From Gammaproteobacteria bacterium (GTDB lineage Bacteria > Pseudomonadota > Gammaproteobacteria > UBA4575): a DNA stretch of 64,000 nucleotides. The notes beneath the pieces are model-generated. The model saw only the letters and a program-made list of their open reading frames with translations, ran no database searches and had not been told where the DNA came from. The stretch covers positions 896,001 through 960,000 of the forward strand of contig CBDCUI010000009.1 of NCBI GenBank assembly GCA_965222615.1, read 5' to 3'. Positions 31,893 through 42,600 of the stretch are shown in pieces (within the stretch, counting starts at the first letter, position 1; each line of letters starts with the position of its first letter). The translations under genes were made by a program, and so were the position numbers.

Positions 31893-32801
31893 TTATTCTT
31901 CTGCAAACAATCCCGTTGACAGATACCGATCCCCGCGATCACATATAATGACGACAATCACTGCATCCTGTACTTGTTTTGACAGCTCCAAAGCAGCCAC
32001 AACTGCGCCTCCTGAAGATATACCACAAAAGATCCCTTCTTCTTTACCGAGCCGTCGCATCATGTCTTCGGCTTCCTGCTGGGTCACTTCCATGACTTGA
32101 TCAACCGCCTTCGCATCAAATATTTTCGGAATATATTCTTCAGGCCATTTACGTATGCCTGGAATCTTAGAGCCCTCTGATGGCTCCACACCAATGATTT
32201 GAATCTTGGGATTTACTTCCTTTAAATATTTCGATGTACCCATTATCGTACCCGTGGTTCCCATTGAACTTACAAAGTGAGTAATCTTTCCATCCGTGTC
32301 TCGCCAAATTTCAGGACCGGTTGTTTGATAATGTGCTAGTGGGTTATCCGGATTGGCAAATTGATCTAACACTTTACCTTTACCGTCTGCTTGCATTTGT
32401 AGAGCCAAATCACGTGCACCTTCCATGCCTTCTTCGGCAGTAACTAATATTAATTCTGCACCAAAGGCTTGCATGGATTGACGACGTTCAAGGCTCATAT
32501 TTTCTGGCATAATTAGTTTTAAGTTAAAGCCTTTCATTGCCGCTACCATTGCGAGTGCAATTCCGGTGTTACCACTAGTCGCTTCGATTAAATTATCTCC
32601 AGGTTTAATATCACCGCGTTTCTCTGCCTCAACAATCATGCTTAAAGCCGGTCGATCTTTCACCGATCCCGCAGGATTATTGCCTTCTAACTTTCCCAAT
32701 ACCAAATTAGAAGTTTTTCCTGGAAGACGTTGCAAGCGCACAAGCGGTGTATTGCCAACGAATTTTTCAATAGTTGGGACCTCTATAGTAGGAACACTCA
32801 T
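31893..32801 (-). CDS. cysM: Cysteine synthase B
   Basis: KLEGNNPAGSVKDR, ATSGNTG, CDRGDRYLS. Confidence 0.96.
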   Translation of the reverse strand: MSVPTIEVPTIEKFVGNTPLVRLQRLPGKTSNLVLGKLEGNNPAGSVKDRPALSMIVEAEKRGDIKPGDNLIEATSGNTGIALAMVAAMKGFNLKLIMPENMSLERRQSMQAFGAELILVTAEEGMEGARDLALQMQADGKGKVLDQFANPDNPLAHYQTTGPEIWRDTDGKITHFVSSMGTTGTIMGTSKYLKEVNPKIQIIGVEPSEGSKIPGIRKWPEEYIPKIFDAKAVDQVMEVTQQEAEDMMRRLGKEEGIFCGISSGGAVVAALELSKQVQDAVIVVIICDRGDRYLSTGLFAEE

Positions 32802-32803
32802 TT

Positions 32804-33190
32804 TCATTCCTCCAGTTTAATTATTAATGCCTGTGCTACAGCGTAATTTTTTTCATCTGAAATACTAATATGTATATCTAAATTATCTGCCTCAATTTCT
32901 TCGGCAAATTCACTTGTAAATGCTAGCGATGGCTTGCCATGTTCATCATGCCGAACATACATATTACGCCAATTTACTTCACCTCGTATACCGGTTCCCA
33001 ATGCTTTTACAAAAGCTTCTTTTACTGCAAATCGTTTTGCAATAAATGCCACAGTATCATATGAATTCTCTAACTCTTTTAATTCTTCGTCATGCAAAAT
33101 CTTTGCTGCAAATTTACTTTCATAGCGATTATAGGTTTTTTCAATACGCGCTATTTCAACAATATCAATTCCAGTACCAATTATTTTCAT
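32804..33190 (-). CDS. acpS: Holo-ACP synthase
   Basis: GTGIDIVE, RFAVKEAFVKALGTG, SISDE. Confidence 0.96.
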   Translation of the reverse strand: MKIIGTGIDIVEIARIEKTYNRYESKFAAKILHDEELKELENSYDTVAFIAKRFAVKEAFVKALGTGIRGEVNWRNMYVRHDEHGKPSLAFTSEFAEEIEADNLDIHISISDEKNYAVAQALIIKLEE

Positions 33191-33191
33191 A

Positions 33192-33926
33192 TTAGTTAAT
33201 CGTTTCTATTGTTTTTTTCATTTTTCTAACTGCTTCTTCTAATCCAACATATAATGCGTGTGCCACAATTGAATGGCCAATATTGAGTTCATACATGTTT
33301 TTTATACTTGCAATTGGTAATACATTTTCGTAATGCAGCCCGTGACCAGCATTTACCACCATACCTAGTGAATGTGCATACTTTGCCGCTTCTTTAATCC
33401 TATTCAATTCCTGTTGTTGATCGTTATTCATTGCGCTAGCATAAGTTCCCGTATGCAATTCTACAACTGTCGCGCCGGTTGCAGCAGAGGTTTCTACCAC
33501 TTTTTTATCAGGCTCAATGAACAGTGATACTGCGATGCCCGCTTCTTTTAATGCGACAACTAAATCCTTTAATCGAGCTTGATGCTTGATCACATCTAAG
33601 CCACCTTCAGTTGTAAGCTCTTGTCTTTTTTCAGGAACGATACAACAATTTTCAGGTTTGACATACAATGCAATATCACGCATCTCATCAGTTGCTGCCA
33701 TTTCTAAATTCATACTACTTTGAATTACCTGTTTAGCTAGATAAACATCTTCATCTTGAATATGCCGACGATCTTCACGTAAGTGCATCGTGATGCCATC
33801 GGCACCTGCACGTTCCGATAGTTCAATTGCTTGTTTTAAATCTGGGTAGGGAGTGAAACGAGCCTGACGAATTGTCATCACATGGTCGAGATTGACACCA
33901 AGCCTCACTTTAGGTTGAGCAGACAT
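33192..33926 (-). CDS. pdxJ: Pyridoxine 5'-phosphate synthase
   Basis: LGVNLDH, HLREDRRHI, TTEGGLD, ELNIGH. Confidence 0.97.
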   Translation of the reverse strand: MSAQPKVRLGVNLDHVMTIRQARFTPYPDLKQAIELSERAGADGITMHLREDRRHIQDEDVYLAKQVIQSSMNLEMAATDEMRDIALYVKPENCCIVPEKRQELTTEGGLDVIKHQARLKDLVVALKEAGIAVSLFIEPDKKVVETSAATGATVVELHTGTYASAMNNDQQQELNRIKEAAKYAHSLGMVVNAGHGLHYENVLPIASIKNMYELNIGHSIVAHALYVGLEEAVRKMKKTIETIN

Positions 33927-33961
33927 GTTATAAACAATGCTTTTAATTTCAATTGACAGAA

Positions 33962-34663
33962 TTATGTTTGCATAAATTGCAAGATTTCTCGACTATGTAA
34001 AGGTCTATTATTAAGATGCCAGTTTATAACCCCGCGCATTAGCCGCTTTGCTTCAACTAAACAAGATGCATCCATATTCATAGGAGATCGCAAGCCAAGC
34101 AAGGTAGCACCTTTGATTACATTCCAAGCTGAACTTTCTTGTTGTACTCTTGCAGGACCCAAACCCATATCATAGCGATAGACTTTATCTTTTTGAATTG
34201 GTGTTTCATGATCAACTTCCTTATCCAAAGAAAGGCCATGTCCCACTAAACCAAGTAATTCAATCTCAAATAAGCGCAATAATTTTTCTTGCTTATCGTC
34301 GTTATCAAGTGAGTGAAGAATATTTTCGTATAAGTCGAAAATCTCCCTGCTAGGAGATGACTTAGGAACAAGTTTGAGTATTAGCTCATTTAAATACAGC
34401 CCAAGAATATACATGTTTGGCAAGTTAATATGTTTTGCGCCTGCTGTTTCAATATTAGTAAGAGTAAAAAGATCGCCTTTGCCTCCCCATGAAATCAGCA
34501 AAGGTGTAAAAACTATTCCCATAGCTCCACTATTTTTCTTCTTAGACCCTCGAAACACACAGGAAATCAAACCATGCTCTGGGGTGAGCATCTCCATAAT
34601 CTGACTTGTTTCACGATATTGCCTGCTATGTATGCAATAAGCTTGTTCTAATTGTACTCTCAT
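33962..34663 (-). CDS. recO: DNA repair protein RecO
   Basis: AYCIHSRQYRETS, GLYLNEL, LRLFE; era-recO-pdxJ synteny. Confidence 0.93.
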   Translation of the reverse strand: MRVQLEQAYCIHSRQYRETSQIMEMLTPEHGLISCVFRGSKKKNSGAMGIVFTPLLISWGGKGDLFTLTNIETAGAKHINLPNMYILGLYLNELILKLVPKSSPSREIFDLYENILHSLDNDDKQEKLLRLFEIELLGLVGHGLSLDKEVDHETPIQKDKVYRYDMGLGPARVQQESSAWNVIKGATLLGLRSPMNMDASCLVEAKRLMRGVINWHLNNRPLHSREILQFMQT

Positions 34664-34678
34664 ATTCTTTTAAAACTT

Positions 34679-35566
34679 TTATTGCTCAAACTGAGCCACA
34701 ATATTTTGTTGATCCTGCCAATTCTGTTTAACCTTAACCCAAGTTTTGAGCATAACTTTTTTATTAAAAATTTTTTCTAATTTTCTACGTGAATGTTCGC
34801 CAATAGCCTTCAATTTCGAACCTTTTTTACCGATGACAATGGCCTTCTGACTTTCCTTTTCCACCCAAATAATTACACTTGTTGTTAACATATTCTTCTC
34901 GAATTCAAGCTCTTCTACTTCAGTGTAAATTGCATAGGGTAATTCTTTTTGTAGTTGCAACATTGCAGCTCCACGTACCACTTCACTTACTATAAACGAA
35001 TCATCTCGATCCCATTTAATATCTTTAGGAAACAAAAATTCTGAATCTGGACAATATTTTGATAGTTCATCTACAAGCATGTTTAAATCGCTATCATACA
35101 TAGCAGAGAGAGGGATAATGCTTGCAAAATTATGGCGAGCTTTTACTTTATCTAAAATAGGTAACAACTGAGATTTTTGTTTTAGCTTGTCTACTTTGTT
35201 AACTATCAGAATAACAGGTAGATTTGTTTGTTTTACGTGTTCTAATAAATACTCATCCTCTTCAGTCCAGAAATCTAATTCAACCAACATCAAAATAACA
35301 TCGACGTCTTGTATAGATGAGAGCGCATTGCGTACTAAAACTTTATTCATTAAACGCTTGTTACCCAGCTGAACCCCTGGCGTATCTACTAAAATTATTT
35401 GACATTTATCTAGGGTTAAAATCCCTCGAATAGTATGACGCGTAGTTTGCGGCTTGTGTGTCGTTATAGATAGCTGCTCATCAAGCAATTTATTGAACAA
35501 AGTAGACTTACCAACATTTGCACGTCCGATGATTGCGACAAAACCACACTTTGTTTTGTTAGCCAT
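34679..35566 (-). CDS. era: GTPase Era
   Basis: GRANVGKST, KPQTTR, DTPG, NKVD, KH domain VIGKKG. Confidence 0.97.
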   Translation of the reverse strand: MANKTKCGFVAIIGRANVGKSTLFNKLLDEQLSITTHKPQTTRHTIRGILTLDKCQIILVDTPGVQLGNKRLMNKVLVRNALSSIQDVDVILMLVELDFWTEEDEYLLEHVKQTNLPVILIVNKVDKLKQKSQLLPILDKVKARHNFASIIPLSAMYDSDLNMLVDELSKYCPDSEFLFPKDIKWDRDDSFIVSEVVRGAAMLQLQKELPYAIYTEVEELEFEKNMLTTSVIIWVEKESQKAIVIGKKGSKLKAIGEHSRRKLEKIFNKKVMLKTWVKVKQNWQDQQNIVAQFEQ

Positions 35567-35574
35567 TAAAAGTA

Positions 35575-36246
35575 TTAAAAAGATTTTTGACTAACCACAT
35601 AGGTATACGCCTTTTCTGCAGCATCTTGTTCTGCTCGACGTCGACTTTTCCCTGAACCCTCAAATTTACTCTCACAATTTTCAATAATACATTCTACAGT
35701 AAACGTCTCATTACCTGATTTGCCTAGCTTACCTTGTAGTACATATTTTGGTAATGCCACTCCCTTTGACTGCAAAAATTCTTGTAGTCGAGTCTTGGCA
35801 TCTTTGAGTTCATCAACTGTAGGAATATTCCGCAAACGTTCAGAATAAATAGCTTGTATAAATTTCTTCGCTACATCAAGACCTTCAGATAAATACAAAG
35901 CACCAATTAAAGCTTCCAGAGCATCTGCCAAAATGGAATCACGTTGATTCCCACCTGATTTCAGCTCTCCTGGACCTAATACAATTAGCTCATTAAGATC
36001 CTGCTCAAGTGCAATTTCCGCAAGGGTTTCCTTTCTTACTAAATGGGCTCGCAAACGCGTGAGATCGCCCTCTGGATAATCTGGGTAATTACTAAATAAC
36101 CACTCAGCAATAAAAAACCCCAACAATGAATCACCAAGATATTCTAAGCGTTCATTGTTTTGTGAACTGACGCTACGATGAGTAAGCGCTTGGCGATAAT
36201 AATCTGAATCTAAGAAGTGGTTACCTAATTGCTTAACAAGACCCAA
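35575..36246 (-). CDS. rnc: Ribonuclease III
   Basis: ALTHRS, NERLEYLGDS, ADALEALIGA, dsRBD. Confidence 0.97.
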   Translation of the reverse strand: MGLVKQLGNHFLDSDYYRQALTHRSVSSQNNERLEYLGDSLLGFFIAEWLFSNYPDYPEGDLTRLRAHLVRKETLAEIALEQDLNELIVLGPGELKSGGNQRDSILADALEALIGALYLSEGLDVAKKFIQAIYSERLRNIPTVDELKDAKTRLQEFLQSKGVALPKYVLQGKLGKSGNETFTVECIIENCESKFEGSGKSRRRAEQDAAEKAYTYVVSQKSF

Positions 36247-36250
36247 GGTA

Positions 36251-36628
36251 TTATTTTTTTGTATTTATAGCTTGGCGTTGATCAAAATTCACGACGGCAT
36301 CAAGATTAGCAATAATCGGCACACGAAACTCGTAATCTAACCCAAAATTAACTACTCCTTGCTTCCCTTTTTCATAAACAAAAGCTTCCTTCCCTACGCC
36401 GTAAATACTATTAATGTTGAGACGTTTATCAATAGCATCCCATAACTGACTTTTTGTCGGCTTTTTGCCTTGCATTTCTGCTGCTATGTCTTCGACAATT
36501 TTTTCTGTAGCAAAGCCCTTATAATAGACGGGAAATAACTTTATCCCAATCATAATAAGAAAACCGATCAAAGCTAAAAAGAATACCCAGAATACAAATG
36601 ATGCGCCCTGCTGTTTTTTAAAATTCAT
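36251..36628 (-). CDS. DUF4845-family protein
   Basis: KQQG followed by a TM helix (pilin-like N-terminus); between lepB and rnc; start moved to MNFKK after a GGGAG RBS. Confidence 0.82.
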   Translation of the reverse strand: MNFKKQQGASFVFWVFFLALIGFLIMIGIKLFPVYYKGFATEKIVEDIAAEMQGKKPTKSQLWDAIDKRLNINSIYGVGKEAFVYEKGKQGVVNFGLDYEFRVPIIANLDAVVNFDQRQAINTKK

Positions 36629-36647
36629 AATATGATCTCCCTTAACT

Positions 36648-37493
36648 CTAAATAATTTTCTTACCAATTCGTTTAAAGTTATACTTTTTACCCTTAAAAT
36701 CAGCATTCATCCACACTAAAAATGCGCGGCCAACTAAATTCTCTTCTGGAACAAACCCCCAAATACGACTATCACTACTATGATCTCGGTTATCACCCAT
36801 CACAAAATAATGATTATCAGGGACACTAAATTCACCCGGTGTGTTGTAACGTGTTTGCTTGATTAATATATCATGTAACACAGTTTCTAAATCTTCCTTC
36901 AAAATAATGGCACCATTCATTACACTATTTGCTCCCGAACCTTTATAGATACCATTTTTTTGCTGCCCAATTTGTTTGCCGTTAATATATAAGGTCTTAT
37001 CTTTATATGTAATGCGATCACCAGGCAGACCGATAACGCGCTTAATATAGTCGTCCGATGGGTCTTTTGGAAAACGAAATACAGCTACATCCCCACGCTG
37101 AGGGGATCCTGTATCGAGTATTTTTGTATGCAATACAGGCAGCCTCACTCCATAGGAAAACTTGTTCACTAAAATAAAATCACCATGCAACAATGTTGGC
37201 ATCATGGAACCGGACGGTATACGAAAAGGCTCTGCAATAAAGGAACGAAGTATTAGTACTACTAACAATATCGGAAAAAAAGATTTACATATCTCAATAT
37301 ACCAGGGCTCTCTATAGGTTTTATTAGATTTGCGAACATCACCTTGCCCATGACTTGCGTTATAGGATTTTTCCAAAGCCCGTTTCCTGCGTTTATCTCC
37401 TAAAAACATTTTATCCGCTAACCAGATCAACCCAGTTAAGACTGTACCTAAAACCAAGAACAGCTCGAGATCAAAATGAAAATTAAATTGCAT
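36648..37493 (-). CDS. lepB: Signal peptidase I
   Basis: PSGSMMPTL, YIKRVIG, MGDNRDHSSDSR. Confidence 0.97.
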   Translation of the reverse strand: MQFNFHFDLELFLVLGTVLTGLIWLADKMFLGDKRRKRALEKSYNASHGQGDVRKSNKTYREPWYIEICKSFFPILLVVLILRSFIAEPFRIPSGSMMPTLLHGDFILVNKFSYGVRLPVLHTKILDTGSPQRGDVAVFRFPKDPSDDYIKRVIGLPGDRITYKDKTLYINGKQIGQQKNGIYKGSGANSVMNGAIILKEDLETVLHDILIKQTRYNTPGEFSVPDNHYFVMGDNRDHSSDSRIWGFVPEENLVGRAFLVWMNADFKGKKYNFKRIGKKII

Positions 37494-37982
37494 GATTAGA
37501 TTTCAACGATAATAAGTTTTGACAAGACATCCCTGCCCACTGATTTGTACGATATTCAACCGAAATAAGTAAATATTTTAGACCCTGATTCACTCGGGGC
37601 CCAAGTATAGAAGCTAAATCTCGCCAGTGCGAGCTTACTTTCGACTATTCGTAATATATTTTAACCAGGATGACACCTTGCGCATACGTATTATGGACAA
37701 AACTAAGCATAGTGTAGCTATTTGGATGACCCAATGTACATAATCCTCCATATATTGTTCCTAACGTAACTCATATGGCCTTGGTTCTGACTCGACTCTG
37801 CCAGCCTTATCTTTAAACATGCTTCAGCATTGCAATCTCCCTCTCAGCTCATTTCAGCTTTACCACTAGGCTGACCTTTAAAAATTTACCTTAAAATCGC
37901 TTACCCCCCTACACTATGACATCTGTAGGCCATACTTTACCGTTAACCGATAGAAGGTAACATATATAAATAGATTCTTTGT

Positions 37983-39536
37983 TTATAGAATTTTTAAAAA
38001 CTCAACTAATTCATCAATTTCTTGTTCAGAGAGTTCAAGGGCTGGTAATTCGTGAGGTACTTTGTTTGTATCAGGCGGATTATTATAAAACTTGACGACT
38101 TCCTTTAACGTTTTAAATCTACCATCATGCATATAAGGCGAGGTTAATAAAACATTGCGCAATGATGGCACTTTAAACGCACCTGCAGCAGTAGATGGTA
38201 AATTTACTTTCTTGCCAAACTCTACATGTTCACACTTATTCGACGCATCACTAAATTTACCACTGCAGTTGAACACATCATATGCAACGGCTTGTATTCC
38301 AAACAAGTACCCATAATCAAAGTTGTTATCCGAGTCGGGACCCGTTCCTATATTATGAAATCCATGATTTGTGAATAAAGGTCCGTTATGGCAGCGAAGA
38401 CAATGTGTTTTTTCAACATCAAAAAATAAACGCAGTCCATTATATTGTTGTACGGTTAAATTAGTGTTTTTATTTTTACGTATTAAATAGACAGCATCAT
38501 CAAATTCAGATGGAGTATGCTGGATTGTTGTTAAGTAAGCAGCAAGTGATTTTCCTATTAAAACAAAAACAGAGTTAATTGCAATTTTCTGTTCTTCAGT
38601 CAAATTATGCCAATTTGCTTTTTCTGTCTTATTACCAAAAGGTGATGCATCTTTTGGAAAGCTAACAAATTCTGACTCATCAAACGTGTTATCTAACTCC
38701 TTAAGCAAGGATCGATAATTTCCATTAGACAATAGATAATGGACAACAGCTGCACGATTGTTATCCATTTCACCTTGAGTCTCTATCGGTGTCACGGCTT
38801 GAGCCCAAAGTGAGTCACGCCTACCATCCCAGTAATACCACTGAGAATGGGATATACCAGTTAATGCAGGGGCATGGCGTTTTGTTTCAGCGGTGCCAAA
38901 AGATTTCTTGCGACCATCACTAAAGCCAAGTTTTGGCTTGTGGCAAGTAGAACAGCTCACCGTATTAGAACGACTCAGTTTGGTATCAAAAAAAAGTTTC
39001 TGCCCGAGTGATATAGCTGCTTGATGGTAAAGATATTTATTGGTGGGGTCTTGTGTAGCTTCAACTTGATCGATATGCATAGAAGATACTAATGCTTGAT
39101 CAATCGCATTTTTTTCTGAGAAAGCTTTATGATTTTGGACCTCAAGAGGGAAAATTACGGTATCGAGACCTTCAGGCCCAGTAAAGGTGAGTCGAATCTC
39201 CCACTCGCCCCTCATATTAAAAAGCACACCACTTAAAAGTAGCTTGCCTTTGTCTATTGCACGCGTGAACCTGGGCTCACTTGGTAGTCCATGACCATGT
39301 GCAGGCATTCCACCATCAATAGATACTTGTCCAGGTATAAAAAGTTTCCCATTTTTTGTTTTAAAACTTACATACCAATTGTGCATAACACGTAAAGGAA
39401 TATAAGTTTGCTCATTAGTAAATGTAAGTGTGTATACATCTCTTTCAGATGTAATAACTTTCTGATAAGCAATACTATTAAGAGGAAATAGTAAAAAAAT
39501 CACACCCACACAAATAAGTGTATTTTTCATAAGCAT
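37983..39536 (-). CDS. Exported diheme cytochrome c peroxidase/MauG-family protein with an N-terminal YtkA/FixH-like domain
   Basis: Signal peptide, GGMPAHGHG, LGQKLFFD, CSTCH, WDGR, CLRCH, FKVPSLRNV, PYMHDG. Confidence 0.88.
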   Translation of the reverse strand: MLMKNTLICVGVIFLLFPLNSIAYQKVITSERDVYTLTFTNEQTYIPLRVMHNWYVSFKTKNGKLFIPGQVSIDGGMPAHGHGLPSEPRFTRAIDKGKLLLSGVLFNMRGEWEIRLTFTGPEGLDTVIFPLEVQNHKAFSEKNAIDQALVSSMHIDQVEATQDPTNKYLYHQAAISLGQKLFFDTKLSRSNTVSCSTCHKPKLGFSDGRKKSFGTAETKRHAPALTGISHSQWYYWDGRRDSLWAQAVTPIETQGEMDNNRAAVVHYLLSNGNYRSLLKELDNTFDESEFVSFPKDASPFGNKTEKANWHNLTEEQKIAINSVFVLIGKSLAAYLTTIQHTPSEFDDAVYLIRKNKNTNLTVQQYNGLRLFFDVEKTHCLRCHNGPLFTNHGFHNIGTGPDSDNNFDYGYLFGIQAVAYDVFNCSGKFSDASNKCEHVEFGKKVNLPSTAAGAFKVPSLRNVLLTSPYMHDGRFKTLKEVVKFYNNPPDTNKVPHELPALELSEQEIDELVEFLKIL

Positions 39537-39685
39537 TTTAAAACCATGTAAAACTTCATGTGGTGCAGTTAACAGTTATGCAATTATAGAGTAGTTCTTG
39601 TTTGTTTCGTTTGTTAAGTTCACAAAATAGGAAGGAGAGTAATACCTAACGGGTATTACAAAAAATAATTGCAAAGGAATGCATT

Positions 39686-42600
39686 ATGGGGAACTACGTT
39701 TCTAATAAGCTATACAGCTTTACAAAATTACCAACAAATTTTCTTTTAGCTTGCATACTCTTTTTATTTTTCATTACTCAGTCATATGTGCTTGCCGGTC
39801 CGGAAGATCCACAAGATGGAGGTGCATGGGGACCGATAACGAGTTGGCCGATGATTCCTGTTTCTGCGGCCAACTTACCTGATGGGCGAATTATTGCCTG
39901 GGCATCCAATGAACGTACTACATTTCCTTCTTCAGTAAATAATGAGTCAACTTATACTGCCGTTTGGGATCCCCAAAGTAATTCTTTTATTGAAATACCT
40001 CACCCCAGTCATGACATGTTTTGCTCTCATCATGTCATGCTTGAGGATGGGAACGTGTTTGTAAGTGGTGGTCGGAATCAAGGTAACACTCCTTTTACAA
40101 GTATATTCAATCATCAAACTAATCAATGGGAACAACTTGCAAATATGAACCGTGGCCGCTGGTATCCCACATCCGTTGCCCTGGCTGATGGCACAATCAT
40201 GACAGCGATTGGTTCCGGCGGAGGCAACACTGCAGAGCTATGGGATGGTACTTCAAGTTGGAATTTATTAGGCGGTCTTAACTTCGATGTTCCAATACTC
40301 AATTATGGCCATGGCGAAAGAGACTGGTGGCCATTATTGCATCTAGCACCAGATGGGCAAATCTTTCATTCCGGACCAACTCCAGACATGCATATGATTA
40401 ATACTTCTGGTAACGGTTCAATTACGCAAACCAATACCCATACGGATTGGTATCCAAAACACGGTGCTACAGTGATGTATGACGAAGGGAAATTGTTAAC
40501 TGCTGGCGGCTGGGTTGGCGCAAATAATGTTTCAAGTTCTAATCAAGCGATGGTAATCGACTTGAACGGTCCTAGCCCACAAATCACACCCATCGCTTCC
40601 ATGCATCATGCACGTAAATTTCAAAATGGCGTTACCTTACCCAATGGCGAAGTATTAATTGTCGGCGGTAATACTTCAGGTCTTAAATTTGATGATTCAG
40701 GCACAATTTACTCAGTAGAGATTTGGAATCCTGACACTCAATTATGGCGTGAAGGCGCATCGATGGATGTACCTAGAAACTACCATTCTGTCGCACTGTT
40801 AATGTTAGATGGAAGAGTGTATTCAGCCGGAGGCGGATTATGTGGCTGTAGTGCTGATCATCAAGATCACCAGATTTATTCTCCACCCTATTTATTTAAT
40901 GCGGATGGATCACATGCATCGCGTCCCGTAATTCTTCAAGTTCCCGGAGTTGTTGAAGCAGGTCAGACTATAAGCGTAGCAGCAACTGCAGGGTTAGCAG
41001 AATTTTCTTTAGTGAAAATGTCCTCCACCACACATGCAATTAATACTGACTTGCGTTATTTGCCTGTCACCATGAACGAGGTTACACCAGGCAATTATCA
41101 ATTAAACTTACATGCAAATACGAACGTGTTGACTCCCGGTTATTGGATGTTATTTGCTTTGAATGCACAAGGCACACCATCAATTGCCAAAGCAATTCGT
41201 GTCTCAACACAAGGTTTGCAATCTGGCCCGCCAACAATTAAACAAATGAGCGATCTTGCAAATCGCATACAGGAAACGGTTAACTTAACTTTAGTAACTA
41301 GTGATCCCGATGGTGAAGCATTAACATTCACGGCTACAAATTTACCACCAGGTCTCACACTCAATTCACTCAGTGGAACGATTACCGGTGCACCGAACCA
41401 AGCCGGGACCTACAACACTACGATTACGGTTGCCGATAGTTCTGGTGGAACGGATGCAACGAGCTTTACTTGGAATGTTCTAGCTGGCGCTGGACAGCAA
41501 GGTGTGCGCTATGAATATTACCAAGGCGACTGGAATACTTTACCTAATTTTGATCAATTGCAGCCTATATCGACAGGTATCATTCCAAACTTCAGTATTT
41601 CTCCAGCTGCACAGGCAGATTACTTTGGATTCCGTTATAGCAGTCAAATAACCATTACTACTGCTGGAAATTATACTTTTTATACCAACTCAGATGATGG
41701 CAGCCAATTATTTATTAATGATCAACTTGTCGTAGACAATAACGGCTTGCATGCCCCTCAAGAACGATCGGGTTCAATTACTTTGGCTGCGGGCAACCAT
41801 GATATTCGAGTTACTTTTTTTGAAAAAACAGGTGGTGCTAATTTAGTAGTCAGCTACGCCGGCCCAAACATAGCTAAACAAACAATACCCAATTCGGTTC
41901 TTTTTGTCCCTACCTTTCAAGGTGTTCAATCGACAAGATACGTACGCCTTACGGCATTGTCGGAAATCAATGCAAAACCTTGGACATCTGCTGCGGAAAT
42001 TAATTTATTAGATACTAATGGACAAGCACTAACGAGATCAGCATGGACCGTAAGCGCAAGCAGCATGGAATTGACCGGAGAAAACGGAGCGGCTTCGAAT
42101 GCCATCGATGGAGATGTAAATACGATTTGGCATACGGAATGGTTCAGCCAAGCAGGTGATGACAATGATCCAGCGCATCCACATCATTTTATAATTGATT
42201 TGGGTGCCGTAAATGATATTTCTGGACTTACTTACTTACCAAGACCCGGCGCAGGTAATGGCACAATCAAAGCCTATGAAATTTATGTGAGCGGCGATGG
42301 AATAAACTGGGGCACACCTATCCATGTCGGTGAATTCACATCGACAGGTTTAAATACGGTGACCTTTGTGGATGAACCACAACCAACTAACAATGCTCCT
42401 ACAATTGTCAATCCTGGCACACAAAATAATTCAAGCGGTGACACGATTGCGCTATCAATAAGTGCAGCGGACAGTGATGGTGATATTCTTACTTACAGTG
42501 CTACTGGTTTGCCAACTGGCTTGTCGGTTAACTCAGCTACCGGCTTGATTTCGGGAACAGTAACAACGGCACAAACTTTTAATACCACGATTACCGTATC

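Noticed and set aside
32766-32795. VPTIE-VPTIE duplication at the CysM N-terminus
   Set aside because: A small, diverged 15-nt duplication in a variable terminus with no evidence of function.
37494-37982. lepA remnant, tRNA-Pro duplicate or small gene in the gap upstream of lepB
   Set aside because: No LepA-like translation or tRNA match; a GGAGG-ATG on the minus strand near 37740 gives only a 7-codon ORF.
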